Of a DNA stretch of 64,000 nucleotides, positions 10,212 to 19,883 are shown piece after piece. A program made the position numbers and the translations under genes. Position 1 is the first letter of the stretch. Each line of letters opens with the position of its first letter. The notes under the pieces are model-generated. The model made no database searches and was not told where the DNA came from. It saw only the letters and a program-made list of their open reading frames with translations. Origin of the DNA: Candidatus Palauibacter poriticola (lineage in GTDB: Bacteria > Gemmatimonadota > Gemmatimonadetes > Palauibacterales > Palauibacteraceae); contig JAAXHJ010000070.1 of assembly GCA_012270965.1 (NCBI GenBank), forward strand, positions 8,083 through 72,082, given 5' to 3'.

Positions 10212-11027
10212 GTGACTGCAGCCGACATCGCCCGCGACCTGCTTTCGGCGCGGGACGAGTGCCGCGCGACGACGCCCCCGACGCTGCGCGGGAGGGGATT
10301 CGGGCTCGACGAGGCGTACCGCGTCGGGGCCGCGTTGGACCGCCGCCTGCGGGAACGGGGGCACCGGCTCGCGGGCTGGAAGGTCGGGTTCACGAACCAG
10401 GCTATCTGGCCGCGCCTGGGGTTGGGGGAACCGATTCTGGCCCCCGTCTACGACCGGACGCTGCATGCCGCGGCACCGGTGGCCGAGGTCTCGCTCGGGG
10501 GATTCTACGCCGCGCGTCTCGAAGTGGAGGTCGTGTTCGGCATCGAGCCGGATGCCGGGAGCGGCGAAGGGCGGCGGCCGGCCCGTCCCGCGTGGGCGGC
10601 GCTCGGGCTCGAGATCGTGGATTGTCATTATCCGGGCTGGCGGCTCACGCCTGCGGATGCCGTGGCGGACTTCGGGCTCCACGGCGCGCTCGTCATCGGC
10701 CCGCGGATCCACCGGACGGAGGCCCTCTTCAACGCCTGCCGCGACCGGCTCGACCGGCTCGAGGTCCGCCTCCTGCAGGACGAACGGCCCTCGGCCACGG
10801 GTTGCGGGCGCGACGTGCTCGGCCACCCGCTCGCGGCGCTCGACTTCGTGCCCCGGCTCCGGCCCCGGTTCGGCGAGACCGGCCTTCCCGCCGTTCCCTT
10901 CGTCGTGAGCACGGGTACGATGATCGCGCCCCGGCCGCTCGCGGCGGGGGAGACCTGGCGCGTCGAGGCGGAGGGCGTGGAGCTGCCCGGTCTCGAACTC
11001 GTGGTGACGGACGAGCCGCGGGGCTGA
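10212..11027 (+). CDS. 2-keto-4-pentenoate hydratase-like (fumarylacetoacetate hydrolase family) protein
   Basis: GWKVGFTN, RLEVEVVF, LEIVD, AVADFGLHG, VLGHPLAAL and VVSTGT motifs. Confidence 0.85.
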   Translation: MTAADIARDLLSARDECRATTPPTLRGRGFGLDEAYRVGAALDRRLRERGHRLAGWKVGFTNQAIWPRLGLGEPILAPVYDRTLHAAAPVAEVSLGGFYAARLEVEVVFGIEPDAGSGEGRRPARPAWAALGLEIVDCHYPGWRLTPADAVADFGLHGALVIGPRIHRTEALFNACRDRLDRLEVRLLQDERPSATGCGRDVLGHPLAALDFVPRLRPRFGETGLPAVPFVVSTGTMIAPRPLAAGETWRVEAEGVELPGLELVVTDEPRG

Positions 11028-11206
11028 CGAACCGGCCTCGCCGCTGACGGACCGGCCGCGGGGTCGCCGGGCCTCATCGGACGGGGGACCGAGTGAGAAC
11101 GGTGGCGTGTCGGCGTGGGTTCGCGAGCGATGGCCGATGCGGCTGCGGCGCATTATCTTGGCCGCCATGCCGCGCGTCCCGGCGCGGAGATGCGAGCGGG
11201 AGGCGG

Positions 11207-11539
11207 ATGCTCGTCCGCGGGCGAGACTTCCGGACGATCCTGCCATCCGCAACGGGATCCCCCCGGCCCGAGCGCGATCACTCCATCTACCGGGATCTCG
11301 TCATCGAGTCCGGCGAAGCGGGGCGGCCGGCCGGCGAGCCGAGGGCGTTCGCCGACATGGTGGCCGAGGCGGGGTTCACCGACCGCGAACTCGGCTGGCT
11401 GGCCTCGTCCGAAAGGGAATCGAATGCGCTCGCGGAACTCGAGGATGCACGCGCAGACCGGCGCTCGCGCGGCCGGCTGCCGGTGCTCGCGTTCGGCTTG
11501 CTGTCCGTGGTCGTCATCGTGGTCGCCATCCGCTCGTAG
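11207..11539 (+). CDS. Small hypothetical protein with C-terminal membrane anchor
   Basis: ATG 11207 after GGGAGG; hydrophobic C-terminus LPVLAFGLLSVVVIVVAI; ends 6 bp before arcA. Confidence 0.5.
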   Translation: MLVRGRDFRTILPSATGSPRPERDHSIYRDLVIESGEAGRPAGEPRAFADMVAEAGFTDRELGWLASSERESNALAELEDARADRRSRGRLPVLAFGLLSVVVIVVAIRS

Positions 11540-11545
11540 CGCTTG

Positions 11546-12838
11546 ATGGCGGGCCACACCCCGCACTCCAAGGCGGAGCCGGAGGGCGGACACGACGCTC
11601 GGGCGGCGGCGCGGGCACCCGCGCCCCCGGTGGGCGTATATTCGGAAGTCGGGCGCCTCCGGCGGGTGCTGGTTCACCGTCCGGGTCTGGCGTTGCGCCG
11701 CCTCACGCCGTCCAACTGCCGTGATTTCCTTTTCGACGACGTGATGTGGGTGGACCGGGCGCGTGAGGACCATGACCGGTTTCGCAGCGTGCTTGAGCAG
11801 CACGGCGTGCAGGTCCACCTCCTGCGGGATCTCGTGACCGACGTGCTGGAGTTGCCCGAGGGACGCCGGTGGCTGCTCCGCCGGCGCGTTACGGCGAACG
11901 CGCACGGCGTGTTCGCGGACCGTCTTCGCGAGGCCCTCGAGGCGTTCGACTCCGCGAGCCTGGCCCGATACTTGGTCGGCGGAATGACGACCGGCGAACT
12001 CGGCTTCGACACCCGGGGACTCGTGGCCGCCACGCTCTCGGAAGACGACTTCGTGCTTCAGCCCCTGCCGAACCACCTGTTCACGCGGGACTCCTCGTGC
12101 TGGATCTTCGGGGGCGTGTCGATCAATCCCATGGCGACGCGGGCGCGCTGGCGCGAAGCCACCAACCTTCGGGCCGTCTACCGCTTCCACCCCCTGTTCG
12201 GCCACCCGGCCTTCCCGGTCTGGCTCGGAGGAAGGGAGTCCTCCGCGGAGGAGGCGGCCTCGCTGGAGGGGGGTGATGTGCTGGTGCTCGGGGGCGGAAC
12301 GGTGCTCATCGGACTGAGCGAGCGCACGACGGCCCGGGCGGTGGAGCTCCTGGCGCAGGCGCTGTTCAACGCGGGAGCGGTCGAGCGCGTCATCGCCGTG
12401 TCGCTGCCCAAGGGGCGGGCGACTATCCATCTGGATACGCTCATGACGATGATCGACCGGGACGCGTTCACCACCTTTCCCGGTTTCGCGGAGTCGGCGC
12501 GGTCGTGGACCATCTCGCCCGGGCGCGACGGCGGAGAGATGGCGGTGCGGGAGAACCCGGACTTCGTTCGCGCCGTCGGCGACGCGCTGGGTGTCGAGCG
12601 GCTGCGCCTCGTGAAGACCGCGGGCGACCGATTCGAAAGGAGCCGCCAGCAATGGGACGACGGCAACAACGTCCTCGCGCTCGAGCCGGGAGTGGTGATC
12701 GCCTACGACAGGACGGTGGCGACCAACGACAAGCTGCGCCGCGCGGGGATCGAGGTGATCGAGGTGCCCGGCTCCGAACTGGGGCGCGGGCGGGGTGGCC
12801 CGAGGTGCATGAGCTGCCCCCTGCTGCGCGACCCCTGA
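11546..12838 (+). CDS. arcA: Arginine deiminase
   Basis: VYSEVGRLRRVLVHRPG, LFDD, FTRD, LEGGD, HLDT and GRGGPRCMSCP (catalytic Cys). Confidence 0.95.
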   Translation: MAGHTPHSKAEPEGGHDARAAARAPAPPVGVYSEVGRLRRVLVHRPGLALRRLTPSNCRDFLFDDVMWVDRAREDHDRFRSVLEQHGVQVHLLRDLVTDVLELPEGRRWLLRRRVTANAHGVFADRLREALEAFDSASLARYLVGGMTTGELGFDTRGLVAATLSEDDFVLQPLPNHLFTRDSSCWIFGGVSINPMATRARWREATNLRAVYRFHPLFGHPAFPVWLGGRESSAEEAASLEGGDVLVLGGGTVLIGLSERTTARAVELLAQALFNAGAVERVIAVSLPKGRATIHLDTLMTMIDRDAFTTFPGFAESARSWTISPGRDGGEMAVRENPDFVRAVGDALGVERLRLVKTAGDRFERSRQQWDDGNNVLALEPGVVIAYDRTVATNDKLRRAGIEVIEVPGSELGRGRGGPRCMSCPLLRDP

Positions 12839-12985
12839 CCGCCCGCCCCGACCCGCTCTCCACGGAGGCATCGAGCGTCGTGTCGCGGGATACTCCTCTC
12901 GTCACCGTGGATCTCAACCTTTACCTTGCCGCGTCTGCGGCGAGCCCGTCGTCCGCCTTCAACTACCGCCATCTTCAAGCGCGGC

Positions 12986-14563
12986 ATGCCTGATCCAACT
13001 GATTCCAACCGCGCCCCGGCCCGCTGGGCGAAAGTCATCGATCACACGCGCTGTATCGGCTGCCACGCCTGCACGACGGCGTGCAAGTCGGAGAACGAGG
13101 TTCCGCTCGGCGTCACCCGTACCTACGTGAAGTACGCCGACGTGGGAACCTTCCCGGCCGCGCGACGCGCCTTCCAGGTCACGCGTTGCAACCAGTGCGA
13201 CGACGCGCCGTGCACGACCGCGTGCCCCACGCAGGCCATGTTCCGCCGTCCCGACGGGATCGTGGACTTTGACAAATCGATCTGCATCGGCTGCAAGGCG
13301 TGCATCGCCGCCTGTCCCTACGACGCCATCTTCATCAACCCCGACGACCATTCCGCGGAGAAGTGCAACTTCTGCGCTCACCGCATCGACATGGGGCTGG
13401 AGCCGGCCTGCGTCACGGTGTGCCCGACTGAGGCGATCATCGTCGGCGACCTCGACGACCCCGAATCGAAGGTCTCGCGGTACGTTGGGCGCGACTCGGT
13501 GAGCGTGCGGCGGCCGGAGAAGGAGACCCACCCGAAGCTGTTCTATAAGGGGGCGCACCAGGCGACGCTCGATCCGCTGGCCGCCGTCCGTCCCGGAGGC
13601 GGGCTGTACATGTGGAGCGAGCAGCCCGAGGGCCCGCACGAGGTCGGCTCGGGCCAGCCGCACCCGATGGGGACGGACGGACGGCACGGCCCGAACTCCT
13701 CGGCCGCCGCGATTCTCTCCTATGACGTGTCGCACTCCGCGCCGTGGGACTGGCGCGTGAGCCTGTACACGCTCACCAAGGGAATCTCGGCCGGCGTGTA
13801 CCTCGCCGTGCTCCTCCTCTGCCTGCTGGGGGGGGTCGCGTGGCGGGACGGAACCTGGCTCACCCTCACGCCGCTCCTCGGTCTCGCCGCGCTCGCGCTC
13901 ACCGGCGGACTGCTGATCTGGGACCTCGAGCACCCGAAGCGCTTCTTCCTCATCTTCACGAGGCCCCACATGAAGAGTTGGCTCGTGCGCGGCGCCTTCG
14001 TCATTGCGGGTTACGGCCTGGCCCTGACCGCGCACCTCGCGGCGGCGCTGATCGGCGGCGCCGGCGCCGCGGAGACGACGCGCTCTCTGGCGTGGGCGGG
14101 GGCGCCACTGGCCGGCATGACCGCGGTCTACACGGCCTACCTCTTCGCGCAGGCCCGGGCGCGCGATCTGTGGCAGAATCCGCTCCTGCCGCCGCACTTT
14201 CTCGTACAGGCGGTGCTGGCCGGCGGTGCGGCGCTGATGCTCTTCCCGTCGCTCGGCGGCTCCGCCGCGCTGGGCCGGCTCGTGGGGCTCACGGCCGCCG
14301 CGCACCTCCTGCTCGTGCTCGCCGAACTCACGCTCACGCACGCGACGGCCCACGCCGCCCTCGCCGCCCGGAACATGGTGCGCGGCCGCTACGCGCCATG
14401 GTTCTGGAGCGGCATTCTGCTCGTGACGCTGGCGGGCACCCTGACGGTGAGTCCGCTCAGCGGCACCTGGGTTGCCCCGCTGATCGGCATTTCCGCCCTC
14501 GCGGGGCTCCTCGCGCACGAGCACGCGTACGTCCAAGCAGGCCAGTCCGTGCCCCTCGCATGA
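12986..14563 (+). CDS. 4Fe-4S dicluster (PsrB/NrfC-like) fused to NrfD/PsrC membrane anchor
   Basis: CIGCHACTTAC, CNQCDDAPCTTACP, CIGCKACIAACPY and KCNFC...PACVTVCP, followed by a multi-TM NrfD region (PWDWRVSLY, LIWDLEHPKRF, SWLVRG). Confidence 0.92.
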   Translation: MPDPTDSNRAPARWAKVIDHTRCIGCHACTTACKSENEVPLGVTRTYVKYADVGTFPAARRAFQVTRCNQCDDAPCTTACPTQAMFRRPDGIVDFDKSICIGCKACIAACPYDAIFINPDDHSAEKCNFCAHRIDMGLEPACVTVCPTEAIIVGDLDDPESKVSRYVGRDSVSVRRPEKETHPKLFYKGAHQATLDPLAAVRPGGGLYMWSEQPEGPHEVGSGQPHPMGTDGRHGPNSSAAAILSYDVSHSAPWDWRVSLYTLTKGISAGVYLAVLLLCLLGGVAWRDGTWLTLTPLLGLAALALTGGLLIWDLEHPKRFFLIFTRPHMKSWLVRGAFVIAGYGLALTAHLAAALIGGAGAAETTRSLAWAGAPLAGMTAVYTAYLFAQARARDLWQNPLLPPHFLVQAVLAGGAALMLFPSLGGSAALGRLVGLTAAAHLLLVLAELTLTHATAHAALAARNMVRGRYAPWFWSGILLVTLAGTLTVSPLSGTWVAPLIGISALAGLLAHEHAYVQAGQSVPLA

Positions 14564-17500
14564 GCGATCCACGCGGCCCCGGCCGCAACGGCTCCGGCGC
14601 AAGCCACGACGGCTCCGGCGCGGGCCACAACGGTTCCGGCGCGGGCCACAACAGCTCCGGCCCGGACGGCGTTTCAAGGCGGCTGCGGGCACTCAGCGAG
14701 CGCGTGAGCGCGGCGCGCTCCGAGACCGAGAGTCGCGGCGAGACCTTCTATCCGGGCCCCAGCCGCGCCCAACTCGCCGCCTTCCCCCCGCGGGAGCGCT
14801 GGGATGACTGGGTGGAACTCGACTCGAAGGCGTGGCCGAAACGGCGCGAACGGCGTTACATGCTCGTGCCCACGACCTGCTTCAACTGCGAGTCCGCGTG
14901 CGGGCTCCTGGCCTACGTCGACCGCGACACCCTGCAGGTGCGGAAGTTCGAGGGGAACCCCGAGCATCCGGGCTCCCGCGGAAGAAACTGCGCCAAGGGC
15001 CCGGCCACGCTGAACCAGATCGTCGACCCCGACCGCGTCCTCTATCCGCTCAAGCGCGCCGGCGAGCGCGGCGAGGGGAAGTGGGTGCGCGTCTCGTGGG
15101 AGGAGGCGCTCAACGACATCTCGGCGCGGATCCGCAAGGCCATCGACGACGGTCGCCAGCGCGAGGTCATGTACCACGTGGGGCGTCCGGGCGAGGACGG
15201 GTTCACCGAGCGGCTGCTCGCGGCGTGGGGCGTCGACGGCCACAACTCGCACACGAACATCTGTTCCTCCAGCGCGCGCGCCGGCTACCAGTTCTGGCTC
15301 GGTATGGACCGTCCCAGCCCCGACCACGCCCGCGCGGACGTCATCCTCCTCGTGAGTTCGCACCTCGAGGCGGGGCACTACTTCAACCCCCACGCCCAGC
15401 GCATCCTGGACGGGGTCAAGAAGGGGGCGCGGCTCATCGTCTTCGATACGCGTCTCTCGAACACGGCGACGCACGCGGACCACTGGCTCCCCACCCAACC
15501 CGGCTCCGAGGCCGCCGTTCTTCTCGCGATCGCGAACCACCTGATCGCGACGGGCGCCTGGAACCGCGACTTCGTCCGGCGCTGGTTCAACTGGGAGGAG
15601 TACCTCGCCGCCGAAAAGCCGGATCTCCCGCGCACCTTCGAATCGTTCGAGGCCGCCCTCCGCGAGCTGTACGAGGCGTGCACCCTCGAGTGGGCGGCGG
15701 AGGAGTCGGGCGTGGATGCGGAGCAGATCCGCGAGGTCGCCGAACTCGTGGCCCGGGCCGGTTCGCGCCTCTCCACGCACAACTGGAGGAGCGCCGCATC
15801 GGGCAACGAAGGCGGCTGGCAGGTGGCTCGAACCCTCTTCTTCCTCAACGCCCTCACGGGCTCCGTGGCGACCCCCGGCGGCACCTATCCGAGCACGTGG
15901 AACAAGTTCATCCCGAAGCCGATCCGGATGCCCCGGCATCCCGAGCACTGGAACGAACTCACCTGGCCCGACGAGTTTCCGCTGGCGATGTACGAGGTCT
16001 CCTTTCTCCTCCCGCATCTCCTCAAGGAGGGGCGCGGCAAGCTCGACGTCTATTTCACCCGCGTGTACAACCCGGTGTGGACGAACCCGGACGGGTTCGC
16101 GTGGATCGAGGCCCTGACGGATGAGGAGAAGGTCGGCCTCCACGTCGCGCTCACCCCGACCTGGAACGAGTCCGCCTACTTCGCGGACTACGTCCTTCCG
16201 ATGGGACACGGGTCCGAGCGGCACGACCTCCACTCCTACGAGACGCACGACGGCCAGTGGATCGGCTTCCGGCAGCCCGTGCTGCGCTCCGCCCGCCAGC
16301 GTCTCGGCGAGCGCGTGGCGGACACGCGGCACACGAACCCGGGCGAAGTGTGGGAGGAGAACGAGTTCTGGCTCGAGCTTTCGTGGCGCATCGACCCGGA
16401 CGGCAGCCGCGGGATCCGCCGCTTCGTGGAGTCGAGGGAGAAGCCCGGACGGCGCCTCACGGTGGACGAGTACTACGCTTGGATCTTCGAGCACTCCGTG
16501 CCCGGCCTGCCGGAGGCGGCTGCCGGGGAGGGACTCTCGCCGCTCGACTACATGCGCCGCTACGGCGCTTTCGAGGTCGCGCGCGACATCGGCCCACTTC
16601 ACGAGCGGCCCGTGCCGGTCGAGGAACTCGAGGACGCTCGGGAAGACGAGTTCGGCCGCATTTATACGCGGGCACCCGGCCCCGCCGCGGTGAACCTCGC
16701 ACCCATGGGTGCCCCCGATCCGGATCCGGAGGGGCGGCGCGCGGTGGGCGTTCGCGTGGACGGCACGATTCGCCGCGGATTCCCGACCCCGAGCGGCAAG
16801 CTGGAGTTCTACTCCCCCACGCTCGTCCGCTGGGGCTGGCCCGAGTACGCCACGCCCGCCTACATCAGGAGCCATGTGCATCCGGCCGCGATGGAGCCGG
16901 ATCAGATGTGTCTCATCTCCACCTTCCGGCTCCCGGTGCAGATCCACACGCGTTCGGCCAACTCCAAGTGGCTGGATGAGATCGCCCACACGAACCCGCT
17001 CTGGCTCCACCCGTCCGACGCGGCGCGGAAAGGGGTGGGGACGGGAGATCTCGTGCGAGTCGAGACCGAGATCGGGTACTTCGTCCTCAAGGCGTGGGTG
17101 ACCGAGGGGATCAAGCCGGGCGTCGTCGCGTGCAGTCACCACATGGGGCGCTGGAAGCTGGCGGACGCCACCGGCTCCGGCCCGGGTGCGGGCGAAGACG
17201 GGTCCGCCGGCCGGGGCGCGCCGGAGCACGCGGCGGGCCAGCGGCAGCTCATGGCGACGGTCTCCCTCACGGGGAGAGATGGCGACTGGAAGCTGTCACG
17301 CAAACGGGGTGCCAGGCCGTACGAGACCGACGATCCGGACACGTCGCGGATCTGGTGGACGGATGTGGGCGTCCATCAGAACCTCACCTTCCCGGTGCAC
17401 CCCGACCCGGTGTCCGGGATGCACTGCTGGCACCAGGCGGTGCGCGTGGTCAAGGCGTCCAGGCGCGACCGTCACGGGGACATTCACGTCGACACGGAGC

Positions 17501-17682
17501 GGTCGCACGAGGTGTACCGGCGCTGGCTCGCCAAGACGCGCGGGGCCGTGCGGCATTCCCCCGACGGGACGCGCCGGCCGCACTGGCTCATCCGCCCCGT
17601 GCGACCCGCGCGCGCGGCCTACGACCTCCCGCAGCCGGACGGCCCGAAGTCGCCCCGGCCGGACCCCACGGAACCCCGATGA
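14560..17682 (+). CDS. Molybdopterin-dependent oxidoreductase catalytic subunit (DMSO-reductase superfamily)
   Basis: ATG overlaps the upstream stop (ATGA); FS0 motif TTCFNCESACG...NCAKG; YPLKRAGERGEGKWVRVSWEEAL; SHTNICSS; ADYVLP; FPTPSGKLEF; C-terminal LHPSDA...GDLVRVET domain. Confidence 0.93.
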   Translation: MSDPRGPGRNGSGASHDGSGAGHNGSGAGHNSSGPDGVSRRLRALSERVSAARSETESRGETFYPGPSRAQLAAFPPRERWDDWVELDSKAWPKRRERRYMLVPTTCFNCESACGLLAYVDRDTLQVRKFEGNPEHPGSRGRNCAKGPATLNQIVDPDRVLYPLKRAGERGEGKWVRVSWEEALNDISARIRKAIDDGRQREVMYHVGRPGEDGFTERLLAAWGVDGHNSHTNICSSSARAGYQFWLGMDRPSPDHARADVILLVSSHLEAGHYFNPHAQRILDGVKKGARLIVFDTRLSNTATHADHWLPTQPGSEAAVLLAIANHLIATGAWNRDFVRRWFNWEEYLAAEKPDLPRTFESFEAALRELYEACTLEWAAEESGVDAEQIREVAELVARAGSRLSTHNWRSAASGNEGGWQVARTLFFLNALTGSVATPGGTYPSTWNKFIPKPIRMPRHPEHWNELTWPDEFPLAMYEVSFLLPHLLKEGRGKLDVYFTRVYNPVWTNPDGFAWIEALTDEEKVGLHVALTPTWNESAYFADYVLPMGHGSERHDLHSYETHDGQWIGFRQPVLRSARQRLGERVADTRHTNPGEVWEENEFWLELSWRIDPDGSRGIRRFVESREKPGRRLTVDEYYAWIFEHSVPGLPEAAAGEGLSPLDYMRRYGAFEVARDIGPLHERPVPVEELEDAREDEFGRIYTRAPGPAAVNLAPMGAPDPDPEGRRAVGVRVDGTIRRGFPTPSGKLEFYSPTLVRWGWPEYATPAYIRSHVHPAAMEPDQMCLISTFRLPVQIHTRSANSKWLDEIAHTNPLWLHPSDAARKGVGTGDLVRVETEIGYFVLKAWVTEGIKPGVVACSHHMGRWKLADATGSGPGAGEDGSAGRGAPEHAAGQRQLMATVSLTGRDGDWKLSRKRGARPYETDDPDTSRIWWTDVGVHQNLTFPVHPDPVSGMHCWHQAVRVVKASRRDRHGDIHVDTERSHEVYRRWLAKTRGAVRHSPDGTRRPHWLIRPVRPARAAYDLPQPDGPKSPRPDPTEPR
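14581..14664 (+). repeat. Four 21-bp tandem units (GHNGSGA-like peptide)
   Basis: ggccgcaacggctccggcgca / agccacgacggctccggcgcg / ggccacaacggttccggcgcg / ggccacaacagctccggcccg. Confidence 0.85.
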
Positions 17683-17773
17683 GCCGCAACTTGACAGAAA
17701 ATAGAGGCCCCCATCTACTACATCCCGTGAAGACACACGGTGCCGCACGCGCCGCCGGCGTGGGACATTAGAC

Positions 17774-18679
17774 ATGGAGCTGTTTCGCGCCCTCGGCGCG
17801 CTTCTCGATGGCCCGTGCGGGGAGAATCGGCTCCTTGGCCACCTCCTCGAACTGGGCCCGCTGCCGGACGAGCCCACGCACAACGACCTCTTTCTCTTCC
17901 AGCTTTATCCGTACGCCTCCGCCTTCCTGGGTACGGACGGGCGCATGGGCGGGGAGGCGCGCGACCGCGTCGCCGGCTTCTGGCGCGCGCTCGGGACGAC
18001 TCCCCCGCAGGATCCGGACCACTTGCGGGCCCTGCTGGGGGGCTACGCGTGGCTGGTGGAAGCGCAGCAAAGTGGGAACGGCCGGTCCGCCCAGGCCTGT
18101 CGCGACGCGCGGCACACCTTCCTGTGGGAGCACCTGCTCTCGTGGGTCCTTCCCTTTCTCACCAAGCTGCGGCAGATCGCGCCGCCGTTCTACCGGGAGT
18201 GGGCCGACACGCTCGAGGCCCTCCTGTTCAGCGAGTCGGCTCGCCTCGGGCCGCCGACGCGACGTCCGCTCGCGCTCCGCGAGGCAGCGCCGGTGCCCGA
18301 CCCGCGCCGGGCCCAAGCGGACAGCTTCCTGAACGCCCTCCTGAGCCCGGTGCGCAGCGGGCTCGTCCTCACGCGCGCGGACCTCGCCAGAGCCGCGCGC
18401 GACCTCGACCTCGGTCTCCGCGTGGGCGAACGTGCCTACATCCTGCGGTCGATGATGTCGCAGGGGCCGCACGCGACCCTGGACTGGTTGGCGTGCGAGG
18501 CGCGGGATTGGGCGCACCTTCACGACCGCGGGGGGACCACGGCGCCGGAAGTCGCCGATTTCTGGACGCAGCGCGCGACCGCAACGGGTCGCCTCCTCAG
18601 CGACCTCGGCGCCGATCTCAACGCTGACCTCGGCACCGACATCGACTCCGGCCTCAGCGCCGACATACGCAATGGCTGA
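17774..18679 (+). CDS. TorD/DmsD family redox-enzyme maturation chaperone
   Basis: LYPYASAFL, PDHLRALL and FLWEHLLSWV...FY motifs; directly downstream of the Mo-enzyme. Confidence 0.85.
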   Translation: MELFRALGALLDGPCGENRLLGHLLELGPLPDEPTHNDLFLFQLYPYASAFLGTDGRMGGEARDRVAGFWRALGTTPPQDPDHLRALLGGYAWLVEAQQSGNGRSAQACRDARHTFLWEHLLSWVLPFLTKLRQIAPPFYREWADTLEALLFSESARLGPPTRRPLALREAAPVPDPRRAQADSFLNALLSPVRSGLVLTRADLARAARDLDLGLRVGERAYILRSMMSQGPHATLDWLACEARDWAHLHDRGGTTAPEVADFWTQRATATGRLLSDLGADLNADLGTDIDSGLSADIRNG

Positions 18680-19883
18680 CACCGGCGGGAACCCGCCCCT
18701 GCATCCGGGGCGTTTCCGCGCCATCTTCCTTCTCCTTCTCGTCGCCGGGATCAGCCTCCTCTTCCTCGAGATGATCCGGACGTTCCTCACGGCGCTCTTC
18801 CTGGGGGCGATCCTCAGCGGCCTCATGTACCCGGCCTACCGGGCCCTCCGCCGCTGGTTCGGGGGAAGGGAGGGGCTGGCCTCCTTCGCCGCGGTCGGCC
18901 TGTTCGTGATCCTTCTCATCGTGCCGGTGACGGCGTTCCTGGGCATCGTCGCGAACCAGGCCGTGCACGTCACGCAAACGGCGGGCCCCTGGATCGAAGA
19001 CATGCAGGCTCAACTGGGGCGGCCGGGAGGGATCGACGAACTGCTCGACCGGATTCCCTGGCTGGATTCGCTGCGGCCGTATCAGGGGCAGCTCCTCCAG
19101 AAGCTGGGTGAGGTTGCGGGGTCCGTCGGCGGTTTCGCGGTCGACTGGCTCACCGGCGTCACGACGGCCACCGTGCGGGTCGTCTTCCTCCTGTTGCTGA
19201 TGTTGTACGCCATGTTCTTCTTCCTGAAGGACGGGCGCGGCGTGTTGCGCAAGGTCCTCTACTACCTCCCGCTCTCCGACGAGGACGAACGCCGCATGCT
19301 CGACCGCTTCGTCTCCGTGACGCGGGCGATGGTGAAGGGAACGTTCCTCATCGGCATCGTGCAGGGCGCGCTGGCCGGACTCGCCTTCTGGGCGGTGGGG
19401 ATTCCGTCCGCCGCCTTCTGGGGCACGGTCATGGCGGTACTTTCGATCGTCCCGGGGATCGGATCCGCGCTCGTGTGGCTGCCCGCCGCGATCTACCTCC
19501 TCGCAGCCGGCCAGATCGCCGCCGGCATCGGGCTGATCCTGTGGTGCGGCCTCGCGGTGGGGACGCTGGACAACCTCATGCGCCCCTGGCTCGTCGGGCG
19601 CGACACCCGGATGCCGGATCTGATGATCCTGCTCGGCACCCTCGGCGGGCTCCTCGCCTTCGGCATGGCCGGCGTGCTCATCGGCCCGATCGTCGCGGCG
19701 CTCTTCATCACCGTGTGGGAACTCTACGGCGAGTCCTTCCGCGACATCCTGCCCGCCACCGCGTTCGGGACTCGGGCGGCGGCCGAACCCGACGCAGCGA
19801 GTCCGCCGACCGCCCCGCCGCCGCCGGCCGCCCGGAATCGCGTTGAGGGCGAGGCTGGTATCGAAGGGAACCCGCAGGACTGA
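18672..19883 (+). CDS. AI-2E family transporter
   Basis: FFFLKDG, LSIVPGIGSALVWLP, DNLMRP, LGGLLAFGMAGVLIGP; multi-TM. Confidence 0.92.
   Translation: MADTGGNPPLHPGRFRAIFLLLLVAGISLLFLEMIRTFLTALFLGAILSGLMYPAYRALRRWFGGREGLASFAAVGLFVILLIVPVTAFLGIVANQAVHVTQTAGPWIEDMQAQLGRPGGIDELLDRIPWLDSLRPYQGQLLQKLGEVAGSVGGFAVDWLTGVTTATVRVVFLLLLMLYAMFFFLKDGRGVLRKVLYYLPLSDEDERRMLDRFVSVTRAMVKGTFLIGIVQGALAGLAFWAVGIPSAAFWGTVMAVLSIVPGIGSALVWLPAAIYLLAAGQIAAGIGLILWCGLAVGTLDNLMRPWLVGRDTRMPDLMILLGTLGGLLAFGMAGVLIGPIVAALFITVWELYGESFRDILPATAFGTRAAAEPDAASPPTAPPPPAARNRVEGEAGIEGNPQD

Noticed and set aside
14670-14700. Tat signal (SRR) in the Mo-enzyme
   Set aside because: No FLK-like consensus and no hydrophobic h-region follow the two arginines.
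13744-17682. 1312-aa ORF as one protein
   Set aside because: The first ~270 codons overlap the NrfD region in another frame and are R/A/P-rich shadow sequence; the real start is ATG 14560.
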